Assembly (NCBI GenBank): GCA_032654565.1 | Contig: JAULAX010000004.1 | Coordinates: forward strand, 1 to 27,360 | Reading direction: 5' to 3' | DNA from: Anaeromyxobacteraceae bacterium | GTDB taxonomy: Bacteria > Myxococcota > Myxococcia > Myxococcales > Anaeromyxobacteraceae | DNA: 27,360 nt | In this document: positions 16,803 to 25,166 of the stretch, piece by piece | Position numbering within the stretch: the first letter of the stretch is position 1 | How the letters are laid out: each line of letters begins with the position of its first letter | Program-made: the position numbers and the translations under genes | Notes under the pieces: generated by a model | Database searches by the model: none | What the model saw: only the letters and a program-made list of their open reading frames with translations | What the model was told of the DNA's origin: nothing

Positions 16803-17182
16803 GCCGTCACCCCGGTCAGGTCGTCGGCCTCGAGCTTGTTGCGGAGCCGCCGGGCCATGCTCTGCATCACCAGCAGCGCGAAGGCCGGCTGCTGCCCCAC
16901 CAGGTAGATGAAGAGGGCGTGGTCGATCTCCACCAGCCGGGCCCCGCCCGGTCCGGCGGTCACCGTGGCCGAGCGCGGCGCCTCGTCGAGCAGCGCCATC
17001 TCGCCGAAGAGCGCCCCCTGGCCGAGCGAGGCCACCAGGCGGCGCTGCGGGCCGCTCCCGCGCGAGACGCTGACCGTGCCGGACTGGACCACGTACATGG
17101 CGTGCCCCTCGGACCCCTCCTCGAAGAGCGGCTCATCGGGCTCCAGCGAGCGGACCGAACGGGTCGGAAATGGGACACCCAG
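16799..17182 (-). CDS. Stand-alone cyclic nucleotide-binding domain protein (~127 aa; start uncertain)
   Basis: LFEEGSEGHAMYVVQSGTV and phosphate-binding cassette FGEMALLDEAPRSATV; no C-terminal HTH. The best RBS (GGAGG, 17189-17193) precedes an in-frame CTG at 17182. Confidence 0.85.
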   Translation of the reverse strand: MGVPFPTRSVRSLEPDEPLFEEGSEGHAMYVVQSGTVSVSRGSGPQRRLVASLGQGALFGEMALLDEAPRSATVTAGPGGARLVEIDHALFIYLVGQQPAFALLVMQSMARRLRNKLEADDLTGVTA

Positions 17183-17352
17183 GCAGGACCTCCGGGAAGA
17201 AAGGATGTTTTCACCAGACTTGCCTGGGCGGTCGGGGTGGGACAGGGCCACTCTGGAGAAGTTGGCTGGACGACGGACGCCCCATCTGGGGCTGCGCGAA
17301 TTCGGCGCGCTCCTCTCCCTTTTCACGATCGGTCGTGGGTATCTTTCGTCGC

Positions 17353-20300
17353 ATGACCGACCGTACGAGCTGGTCCGAGGCGCGAAGCGAGGGGTCACTG
17401 CGGGTCACGAGCGCAGCGCTGCTATCGCTGCTGGTCTCTCTGCTGCTCGCCGCCTGCGGCCAGGTCGGCGACGGCTCGCGGGCCACCCTGGCCATGGCCG
17501 CGGCGACCGCCTCGCCCTGCGGCGCCGACGGCCAGCGCGCCTGCTGCCTGCTGGAGCGCCCCCCGGACGGACCGTGCGACCCCGGCCTGGTCGAGGTCCC
17601 CGGCTGCAGCGGCGCCTGCACCTGCCCGGGCTTCCTGGAGCTGCCCGCCATCTCCACCTGCCGGGCCATCACCCCCTGCGGCGGCGCCGGCCAGCGGGCC
17701 TGCTGCCTCCTGGAGCGGCAGCCCGACACCGCCTGCGACAAGGACCTGGTCCAGGTGCCAGGCTGCAGCGGCAACTGCCTCTGCGCCGGCGGGCTGGCCA
17801 GCTCGCTGGGGACCTGCGCCGCCGTCGACTGCGGCGGCAAGGGGCAGCGGGCCTGCTGCCTCCTGGAACGCCCCCTGGTCCCGTGCAACGACGGCCTCAC
17901 CGAGGTCCCGGGCTGCAGCGGCGACTGCTCCTGCCCGTCGCCCGGCGATCGCGCCATCAGCATGTGCTCGACGGCCGAGTCGATCCCCGAGCCGGAGACC
18001 GGCCAGACCGTGGTCGCGCCGGCCACCTGCTCGATGCGCGGCTACGCCGACATCCACCTGCACCTCTTCGCGGATCTCGCCCACGGCGGCGGGGTGCTGG
18101 CCGGCAAGCCCTACGACGCGGCCGGCGGCGTCAACGTGGCGCTGGGGAACGACTTCGGCACCGACCTCGACCTGGTGAACAACCAGCAGGGCTCGCCCCC
18201 TCCCACCAACGCCTTCCCCTTCCAGTGCCCCGCCTACCTGCCCGGCTGCGGACCGAGGGTCTGGCACGGCTACCACGACCCGATCTTCGACTCGGCCGGC
18301 TTCGGGACCCAGGACGGGGCCGGCTCCAACCTCGGGGCGCCGCTCTTCAACGGCTGGCCCCGCTGGACCTCCACCACCCACCAGCAGGCCTACTACAAGT
18401 GGCTGGAGCGGGCCTGGCGCGGCGGCCTGCGGCTCACCGTGGTGCTGGCGGTGCAGAACGAGGCCCTCTGCCTGCTCTCCAACCACCGCCGCGACGTCGA
18501 CTGCTCCGACTCGATGGCCGGCATCGACCTGCAGCTCGACGAGGCCCGCCGCTTCGAGGCCTTCCTCGACGGTCAGGCCGGCGGCCCCGGGCAGGGCTGG
18601 TTCCGCATCGTCGAGTCGCCGGCCCAGGCCCGCCAGGCCATCCGCGCCGGCAAGCTGGCGGTGGTGCTGGGCATCGAGGTGGACAACCTCTTCGGCTGCA
18701 AGAAGCTGGGCGCCTGCACGGCGCAGACGGTGGCCGACGGCATCGCCACCTACCGGGCCCGCGGGGTGCGCCACGTCTTCCCCATCCACAACTTCGACAA
18801 CGCCTTCGGCGGCACCGCCACCTGGCAGGACTCCATCAACGTCGGCAACGCCGCCGGCGAGCAGGCCTGGTGGGAGACCGAGAACTGCGCCTCCGAGGGG
18901 TACGGCTTCTGGCTCGACACCGTGGGTGAAGGCTTGCTGTGGAGCGTGGCCTCCCTGCTCAAGCAGGTGGTCTTCCCCAGCCCGCCTCCCCTCTACCCGA
19001 GCGGCCTGGGCGGCGGCCAGGCCAGCTGCAACACCCGGGGGCTCACCCCGCTGGGCCAGGTGCTGGTCGACGGGCTCATGCAGGGCCGGATGATGATCGA
19101 CATCGACCACATGTCGCGCCGCTCGGTGGCCGACACCGTGGCCCTGGCCGCGGCCCGCGGCTACCCGCTGGTGGCCAGCCACGTCCAGGCCTTCGACCGG
19201 CACCAGGCCACCTACTCCGGGAACGCCGGCCGGCACGAGCGGATGCGCACCGGCGGCCAGCTGGCGGCGCTGCGGGCCAGCGGCGGCCTCATGGGCGCCA
19301 TGCTCAAGGACGACGTCCAGGACACCGGCCTCAAGGGCGCCCGCTGGACCGTCCCCTACCCCGGGAACGTCGCCGACGACTGCCGCCACTCCAGCAAGTC
19401 CTTCGCCCAGGCCTACGAGTACGCCGTGGACCAGATGGGCGGCCCGGTCCCCTTCGGCAGCGACTTCAACGGCATCGCCGGCCACCTCGGTCCCCGCTTC
19501 GGCAGCGACGCCTGCGGCGGCGACGGCCCCGAGCGCCAGCTGCAGGCGGCGGCCAACGACCGGCTCGCCTACCCCTTCACCCTCCCCGGCTTCGGCACCT
19601 TCGACCGGCAGGTGACCGGCCAGAAGACCTTCGACTTCAACGTCGACGGGCTGGCCCACGTCGGCCTGCTGCCCGACCTGGTCGCCGAGCTCACCCAGCT
19701 CAACCTGGCCCCGGTCTACCTCGACGCCATCTACCGCTCGGCGGAGGCCTACGTGGAGACGTGGGAGCGGGCGGAGGCCACCGGCCGCCCCAGCCCCGGC
19801 GCCCCTCCCCCGGCGACCACCGGGGCCGACTGCGTGGACCGGGTGGTCGACGCCGACGCCGCCTGCCTCGGCAGCGCCTCGGTGGCCAGCGCCGCCCTCC
19901 AGGCGGACCCGACCATGACCCTGGCCCAGTCGCCGACCGGCCCCTTCGGCCTCGGCGCCACCACCGTGTCGCTCACCGCCACCTCCTCCGACGCCTGCGT
20001 GCCGCCCATCGCCTGCACCGCGACGGTGACGGTCCGTGACGTGACCGCGCCGCGCCTCACCTGCCCGGCCGACCAGGTGGTGGAGTGCGCCGGCCCGCAG
20101 ACGCCGGTGACCTTCGCCGGCGCCTCGGGCAGCGACAACTGCGGGGCGGTGACCTTGGACGGCTGCTCCAGCGCCTCGGGCGCCGGGCTGCCGCCGGGCC
20201 CCTCGGCGATCACCTGCTCGGGCCACGACGGCGCCGGGAACACCGCCTCCTGCGCCTTCGCGGTGCGGGTCCGGGACACCACGCCGCCGGTCATCTCGCT

Positions 20301-20709
20301 GGTGAAGGCCCACCCGGCGCGGCTCGAGGCCGAGGGGCACCGGCTGCGCCACGTCAGGGTCGAGGTGACGGCGAGTGACGGCTGCGACCCGACACCGCCG
20401 GCCTGCCGCATCGTCGGGGTGGTGAGCAGCCAGCCGCCGCGCCGGCCGAACCGGCCGGACTGGGTGATCACCGGGCCGCTCACCGTCGACCTGCGCGCCG
20501 AGATCACCCACCCGGAGCACGGCGAGGACCACCCGGGCGAGGACCATGACGGGCGCGACGCCGCCGGCCGCGACGAGCACGACGACGACGACCACGAGGG
20601 CGACGACCACCGGCCGCCGGGCCGGGTCTACACGCTCCAGGTGGAGTGCACCGACCAGGCCCTCAACGCCAGCCGGGCCACCACCACCGTGAAGGTGGTC
20701 GAGGACTGA
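17353..20709 (+). CDS. Membrane dipeptidase (M19)-like amidohydrolase lipoprotein with N-terminal Cys repeats and C-terminal HYR-like domains, 1118 aa
   Basis: Lipobox LLAAC; ADIHLH, GKLAVVLGIEVD, GLTPLG, IDIDHMS, VASH, GSDFNG; HYR-like DVTAPRLTCPADQVVEC and RDTTPPVI. Confidence 0.85.
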   Translation: MTDRTSWSEARSEGSLRVTSAALLSLLVSLLLAACGQVGDGSRATLAMAAATASPCGADGQRACCLLERPPDGPCDPGLVEVPGCSGACTCPGFLELPAISTCRAITPCGGAGQRACCLLERQPDTACDKDLVQVPGCSGNCLCAGGLASSLGTCAAVDCGGKGQRACCLLERPLVPCNDGLTEVPGCSGDCSCPSPGDRAISMCSTAESIPEPETGQTVVAPATCSMRGYADIHLHLFADLAHGGGVLAGKPYDAAGGVNVALGNDFGTDLDLVNNQQGSPPPTNAFPFQCPAYLPGCGPRVWHGYHDPIFDSAGFGTQDGAGSNLGAPLFNGWPRWTSTTHQQAYYKWLERAWRGGLRLTVVLAVQNEALCLLSNHRRDVDCSDSMAGIDLQLDEARRFEAFLDGQAGGPGQGWFRIVESPAQARQAIRAGKLAVVLGIEVDNLFGCKKLGACTAQTVADGIATYRARGVRHVFPIHNFDNAFGGTATWQDSINVGNAAGEQAWWETENCASEGYGFWLDTVGEGLLWSVASLLKQVVFPSPPPLYPSGLGGGQASCNTRGLTPLGQVLVDGLMQGRMMIDIDHMSRRSVADTVALAAARGYPLVASHVQAFDRHQATYSGNAGRHERMRTGGQLAALRASGGLMGAMLKDDVQDTGLKGARWTVPYPGNVADDCRHSSKSFAQAYEYAVDQMGGPVPFGSDFNGIAGHLGPRFGSDACGGDGPERQLQAAANDRLAYPFTLPGFGTFDRQVTGQKTFDFNVDGLAHVGLLPDLVAELTQLNLAPVYLDAIYRSAEAYVETWERAEATGRPSPGAPPPATTGADCVDRVVDADAACLGSASVASAALQADPTMTLAQSPTGPFGLGATTVSLTATSSDACVPPIACTATVTVRDVTAPRLTCPADQVVECAGPQTPVTFAGASGSDNCGAVTLDGCSSASGAGLPPGPSAITCSGHDGAGNTASCAFAVRVRDTTPPVISLVKAHPARLEAEGHRLRHVRVEVTASDGCDPTPPACRIVGVVSSQPPRRPNRPDWVITGPLTVDLRAEITHPEHGEDHPGEDHDGRDAAGRDEHDDDDHEGDDHRPPGRVYTLQVECTDQALNASRATTTVKVVED
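17518..17967 (+). repeat. Three tandem 8-Cys repeats of ~51-53 aa
   Basis: CGxxGQRACCLLER...C...LxxVPGCSGxCxC...C starting at 17518, 17677 and 17830. Confidence 0.92.
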
Positions 20710-20728
20710 CCGGGCCTGGGGCGGGGCA

Positions 20729-20920
20729 CTAGTCCTTGCGGTCCTTGTGGTCGCGATCGCCGCCGCGATCGTTCCCCTTCCCGTGGTCCCTTCCGTCTTC
20801 ATGACCGCGGGCCTCGCCGCCATGTCTCCTCGTCCCCTCCCCGTGTCCGACGATCCTGGCCAGGCAGCCGGTGGTGGCCAGGACGGCGAGGGCGAAGAGC
20901 AGGTTCCGAAGCTTCAGCAT
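20729..20920 (-). CDS. Small predicted lipoprotein with His/Asp/Arg/Gly-rich tail, 63 aa
   Basis: MLKLRNLLFALAVLATTGC signal with lipobox-like Cys; GAGGGAG RBS upstream; tail HGEGTRRHGGEARGHEDGRDHGKGNDRGGDRDHKDRKD. Confidence 0.7.
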   Translation of the reverse strand: MLKLRNLLFALAVLATTGCLARIVGHGEGTRRHGGEARGHEDGRDHGKGNDRGGDRDHKDRKD

Positions 20921-21287
20921 CGAGTCTCCCTCTGGTCCCCGTGGGACCGGTGACGAGACCTCGCGGCCGCAAGCCGGGAGGAACCACCAAGCAGAGCACG
21001 GATCGGACCGGCCCGCCGGCCTCGCAAGGGCGCGGCCCGACTCGAGCCCTGGCCCCGGCCCGGGCCCCGGTGGACGTCCGGGGGCGTTCGGCGAACGGTC
21101 CCCGGGGGGCGGGGTGGGCGCCGACATGCCCGTGGCGCCGGCCGGGCCGGGCGGGCGACCGGCCACCATTCAGCTTGGCTGGCGGTGGCCTTTCGGGGAA
21201 ACTCCGCGGTCCCAGCCGCGCGACCCCAGCTGCGCGACTCCAACCGCGGCACCCGAACGGCGGCCCCGGCCGCGCCCAGGAACCCAC

Positions 21288-22301
21288 ATGAACGTGCTCC
21301 TCACCGGTGGCTGCGGCTTCATCGGCTCCAACCTGGTCCGGCTGCTGCTGGCCGAGCGGCCCGACTGGCGGATCGTCAACCTCGACAAGCTCACCTACGC
21401 CGGCAACGCCGAGAACCTCGCCGACCTGGCCGGGAACCCGCGCTTCCGCTTCGTGCGCGGCGACATCTGCAACGGCGAGCTGCTGGCCGAGCTCTTCCGC
21501 GCCGAGAAGATCGACGCGGTGATGCACCTGGCGGCCGAGAGCCACGTCGACCGCTCCATCCTGGCCCCGTCGATCTTCATCGAGACCAACGTCCGCGGCA
21601 CCCAGGTGCTGCTGGAGGCGGCCCGCGAGTTCGGCGTGCAGCGCTTCCTCCACGTCTCCACCGACGAGGTCTACGGCTCGCTCGGCCCCACCGGCTTCTT
21701 CACCGAGAAGACCCCGCTCGACCCGTCCTCGCCCTACTCGGCCTCCAAGGCCGGCTCCGACCTGCTGGCGCTGGCCTACGCCACCACCTTCAAGCTGCCG
21801 GTGGTGGTGACCCGCTGCTCCAACAACTACGGGCCGTGGCAGTTCCCCGAGAAGCTCATCCCGCTGATGATCGCCAACGCCACCCGCGACCTGCCGCTGC
21901 CGGTCTACGGCGACGGCATGAACGTGCGCGACTGGATCCACGTCGAGGATCACGCCCGCGGGCTGCTGGCGGCGCTGGAGAAGGGGGTGCCGGGGCAGGT
22001 CTACAACTTCGGCGCCAACAGCGAGCGGCACAACATCGACATCGTCAAGCTGGTGCTGAAGCTCACCGGCAAGCCGGAGTCGCTCATCAGGTACGTCACC
22101 GACCGGCCCGGCCACGACCGCCGCTACGCCATCGACGCCGCCAAGGCCCACGCCGAGCTGGGCTGGGCCCCGCGCCACGTCTTCGAGCAGGCGCTGGGGG
22201 AGACGGTGCGCTGGTACCAGGCGCAGCGCCCCTGGTGGGAGCGGATCATCTCCGGCGAGTACCTCACCTACTACGCCAAGCAGTACGGGAAGCAGGGGTG
22301 A
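21288..22301 (+). CDS. rfbB: dTDP-glucose 4,6-dehydratase, 337 aa
   Basis: TGGCGFIGSN, DKLTYAGN, HLAAESHVDRSI, STDEVYG, YSASK, NNYGP, DRPGHDRRYAID. Confidence 0.97.
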   Translation: MNVLLTGGCGFIGSNLVRLLLAERPDWRIVNLDKLTYAGNAENLADLAGNPRFRFVRGDICNGELLAELFRAEKIDAVMHLAAESHVDRSILAPSIFIETNVRGTQVLLEAAREFGVQRFLHVSTDEVYGSLGPTGFFTEKTPLDPSSPYSASKAGSDLLALAYATTFKLPVVVTRCSNNYGPWQFPEKLIPLMIANATRDLPLPVYGDGMNVRDWIHVEDHARGLLAALEKGVPGQVYNFGANSERHNIDIVKLVLKLTGKPESLIRYVTDRPGHDRRYAIDAAKAHAELGWAPRHVFEQALGETVRWYQAQRPWWERIISGEYLTYYAKQYGKQG

Positions 22302-22308
22302 GGGGCGG

Positions 22309-23208
22309 ATGAGGATCGCCATCACCGGCGCCAACGGCCTGCTGGGCGGCGAGGCGGTGGCCCAGGCGGCCGCCGCCCATGAGGTGCTGGCGCTCGGCCG
22401 CGGCCCCTGCCGGCTGCCGCCGGGGCGCTACACCTGGGGCTCGGCCGACCTCGCCGACGGCCACTCGCTGGAGGCGGCGCTGCTGGCCTTCCGGCCCGAG
22501 GCGGTGCTGCACGCCGGCGCCGCCACCGACGTCGACGGCTGCGAGCGGGACCCGGCCGGCGCCTGGCGCACCAACGTGGGCGGCACCGAGCAGGCGGCCC
22601 GCGCCTGCGCGGCGCTCCAGGCGCGCCTGGTGGCGGTCTCCACCGACTACGTCTTCGACGGCGCCGCCGGCCCCTACGCCGAGGAGGACCTGCCCAACCC
22701 GCGCGGCGCCTACGCCCGCACCAAGCGCTGCGGCGAGGAGGCGGCGCTGCTGCTGGCGCCCGGCGCCGCGGTGGCCCGGGTGGCGGTGGTCTACAGCGGC
22801 CGCCCCGGCGCCAAGGCCACCTTCGCCACCCAGGTGGTGGACAAGCTCACCCGCGGCGAGCCGGTCAAGGCCTTCTCCGACCAGTTCGTCTCCACCACCC
22901 TGGCCGCCAGCGGCGCCGCCATGTGCCTGGAGCTGCTGCTGGAGACCGCCTACCAGGGCGTGCTCCACGTCTCCGACGCCACGGTCATCGACCGGGTGGC
23001 CTTCGCCCACCGGGTGGCCGAGCGCTTCGGGCTCAGCGGGGAGATCATCCCGGTCACAACCGCCGAGGTGAAGCTGCCGGCGCCGCGGCCGCTGCGGGCC
23101 GGGCTCCGGGTGGAGCGGGCCGCGGCGCTGCTGCGCCACCGGCCGCTCCCGCTCGGCGAGGCGCTGGACCGCTTCCACGCGGAGTGGATGACGCGCACCG
23201 CTCGCTGA
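22309..23208 (+). CDS. rfbD: dTDP-4-dehydrorhamnose reductase, 299 aa
   Basis: ITGANGLLG, TDVDGCE, STDYVFDG, YARTK; 7-bp gap after rfbB. Confidence 0.92.
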   Translation: MRIAITGANGLLGGEAVAQAAAAHEVLALGRGPCRLPPGRYTWGSADLADGHSLEAALLAFRPEAVLHAGAATDVDGCERDPAGAWRTNVGGTEQAARACAALQARLVAVSTDYVFDGAAGPYAEEDLPNPRGAYARTKRCGEEAALLLAPGAAVARVAVVYSGRPGAKATFATQVVDKLTRGEPVKAFSDQFVSTTLAASGAAMCLELLLETAYQGVLHVSDATVIDRVAFAHRVAERFGLSGEIIPVTTAEVKLPAPRPLRAGLRVERAAALLRHRPLPLGEALDRFHAEWMTRTAR

Positions 23209-23381
23209 CCCGGTCCACGAGCCGGCGGTCGACGCCCCCCCCCGCAGGCCATGGCCGCCCCGCGCCCCGGCGCGCCGCCGGGCCCCAGGTCGCGGCGAAA
23301 TGGCGCCCCCCTCCAGGGCGGGCGCACCTCGGCCGGGAACCGTGCTTCAATCCCGCCTCCACCCCGCCCGAGGTCCGCCAC

Positions 23382-25085
23382 ATGTTCCTCTTCAACCCGC
23401 GGCAGCTCGCCGCCCGCCCCGCCGACGCCGCCTCCTCCTCCCTGCTGGAGAAGACGGTCCAGTTCTTCGAGAAGAAGGGGAAGGCCCGGCTCCGCGAGGA
23501 CGACCTCAACCGGACCTGGTACGCCGACTTCCTCGACTTCTCGAAGCGGGAGGGGCTGCTGGCCACCTTCCTGACGCCCGGGGCGGCCGGCGGCCCGGGA
23601 GCCCGCTGGGACACCAGCCGCAACTGCGCCCTCAACGAGGTGCTGGGCTTCTACGGCCTCCCCTACTGGTACACCTGGCAGGTCACCATCCTCGGCCTCG
23701 GCCCCATCTGGATGAGCGGCAACCAGGCGGCCCGGCAGCGGACCGCGGCCCTGCTCCGGCAGGGCGGCATCTTCGGCTTCGGCCTCTCCGAGAAGGAGCA
23801 CGGCGCCGACATCTACTCGTCGGACATGGAGCTGGTCCCGGCCGGCGAGGGGCGCTGGCTGGCCCGCGGCGACAAGTACTACATCGGCAACGGCAACGAG
23901 GCGGCGCTGGTCTCGGTCTTCGGCAAGGTGGCCGGCACCGGCGAGTACGTCTTCTTCGTGGTCGACCCGAAGCGCCCTGGCTACAAGCTGGTGAAGAACG
24001 TGGTGGCCAGCCAGTCCTACGTGGCCGAGTTCCTGCTCGAGGACTACCCGGTGGCCGAGGCCGACGTCCTGCTGCGCGGACAGGCCGCCTGGGACGCGGC
24101 GCTCAACACCGTCAACGTCGGCAAGTACAACCTCGGCTGGGCCTCGATCGGCATCTGCACCCACGCCCTCTACGAGGCGGTCCATCACGCCGCCAACCGC
24201 CGCCTCTATGGCATGGCGGTCACCGACTTCTCCCACGTGCAGCGGCTCTTCACCGACGGCTGGGCCCGGCTCACCGCCATGCGGCTCTTCGGGCTGCGGG
24301 CCGCCGACTACTTCCGGGCCGCCTCGCGCGCCGACCGGCGCTACCTGCTCTTCAACCCGGTGATGAAGATGAAGGTCACCACCGAGGGGGAGAAGGTCAT
24401 CGACCACCTCTGGGACGTGATCGCCGCCAAGGGCTTCGAGAAGGACACCTACTTCGAGATGGCGGCCCGCGACATCCGGGCCCTGCCCAAGCTGGAGGGG
24501 ACGGTCCACGTCAACATCGCGCTGATCGTGAAGTTCATGAAGAGCTACTTCTTCGCGCCGGCCGACCTCCCCGCCGTGCCGCGGCGCGACGAGCCGGCCG
24601 ACGACGCCTTCCTCTGGGACCAGGGGCCGGCCAGCGGCCTCTCCGCCATCCGCTTCGCCGACCCCGGCCCGGTCTTCGCCGCCTGGCCGCAGCCCAACGT
24701 GGCCGTCTTCCGCGAGCAGCTGGCGGTCTTCAAGACCCTGCTGGCCACGGCCACGCCCACCGAGGCCCAGGCCAAGGACGTCGACTTCCTGCTCACCGTG
24801 GGCGAGCTCTTCACCCTGGTGGTCTACGCCCAGCTGGTGCTGGAGAACGCCGGGCTGCGGGCCGCCGAGGGGATCGACGGCGACACCGTCGACCAGATCT
24901 TCGACGTGCTGGTGCGCGACTTCTCCCGGCACGCCGTCGACCTGCACGGCAAGGCCGCCTCCACGCCGCAGCAGATGGAGCTGGCGCTCAAGATGATCCG
25001 CAAGCCGGCCCAAGACCCGGCCCGCCAGGCCCGGATCTGGGCGCGGGTCCACGCCCTCAAGGACGCCTACCAGATGAGCCCGTAG
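23382..25085 (+). CDS. Acyl-CoA dehydrogenase family protein (long FadE4-like type), 567 aa
   Basis: FGLSEKEHGAD, GDKYYIGNG, KGFEKD, LPKLEGTVHVN; GAGG before ATG 23382. Confidence 0.92.
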   Translation: MFLFNPRQLAARPADAASSSLLEKTVQFFEKKGKARLREDDLNRTWYADFLDFSKREGLLATFLTPGAAGGPGARWDTSRNCALNEVLGFYGLPYWYTWQVTILGLGPIWMSGNQAARQRTAALLRQGGIFGFGLSEKEHGADIYSSDMELVPAGEGRWLARGDKYYIGNGNEAALVSVFGKVAGTGEYVFFVVDPKRPGYKLVKNVVASQSYVAEFLLEDYPVAEADVLLRGQAAWDAALNTVNVGKYNLGWASIGICTHALYEAVHHAANRRLYGMAVTDFSHVQRLFTDGWARLTAMRLFGLRAADYFRAASRADRRYLLFNPVMKMKVTTEGEKVIDHLWDVIAAKGFEKDTYFEMAARDIRALPKLEGTVHVNIALIVKFMKSYFFAPADLPAVPRRDEPADDAFLWDQGPASGLSAIRFADPGPVFAAWPQPNVAVFREQLAVFKTLLATATPTEAQAKDVDFLLTVGELFTLVVYAQLVLENAGLRAAEGIDGDTVDQIFDVLVRDFSRHAVDLHGKAASTPQQMELALKMIRKPAQDPARQARIWARVHALKDAYQMSP

Positions 25086-25098
25086 GGCACCTCCCATG

Positions 25099-25124
25099 AC
25101 CCCCGGCCTGCGACGGCCGGGGGT
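25099..25124 (+). terminator. 10-bp perfect stem-loop after the acyl-CoA dehydrogenase
   Basis: ACCCCCGGCC-TGCGAC-GGCCGGGGGT; no U-tract, so terminator function is uncertain. Confidence 0.5.
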
Positions 25125-25166
25125 ACGAGATGCGCCCTGGCCGCGCCGGATGGGCTAGAACGCGGC

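Noticed and set aside
16020..17182. Pycsar/CBASS-type defence system, or a true beta-lactamase
   Set aside because: No cyclase or effector domain is in the window; the MBL protein has no signal peptide and shows glyoxalase II-like motifs.
17422..20823. 1133-aa antisense ORF, and similarly 6919..9477, 12110..14854 and 22950..25097
   Set aside because: Antisense mirrors of strongly GC3-biased genes with no recognisable motifs.
21181..21191. ops/JUMPstart element before rmlB (GGCGGTGG)
   Set aside because: It mismatches the GGCGGTAG core, is a common word at this GC, and precedes only a two-gene unit.
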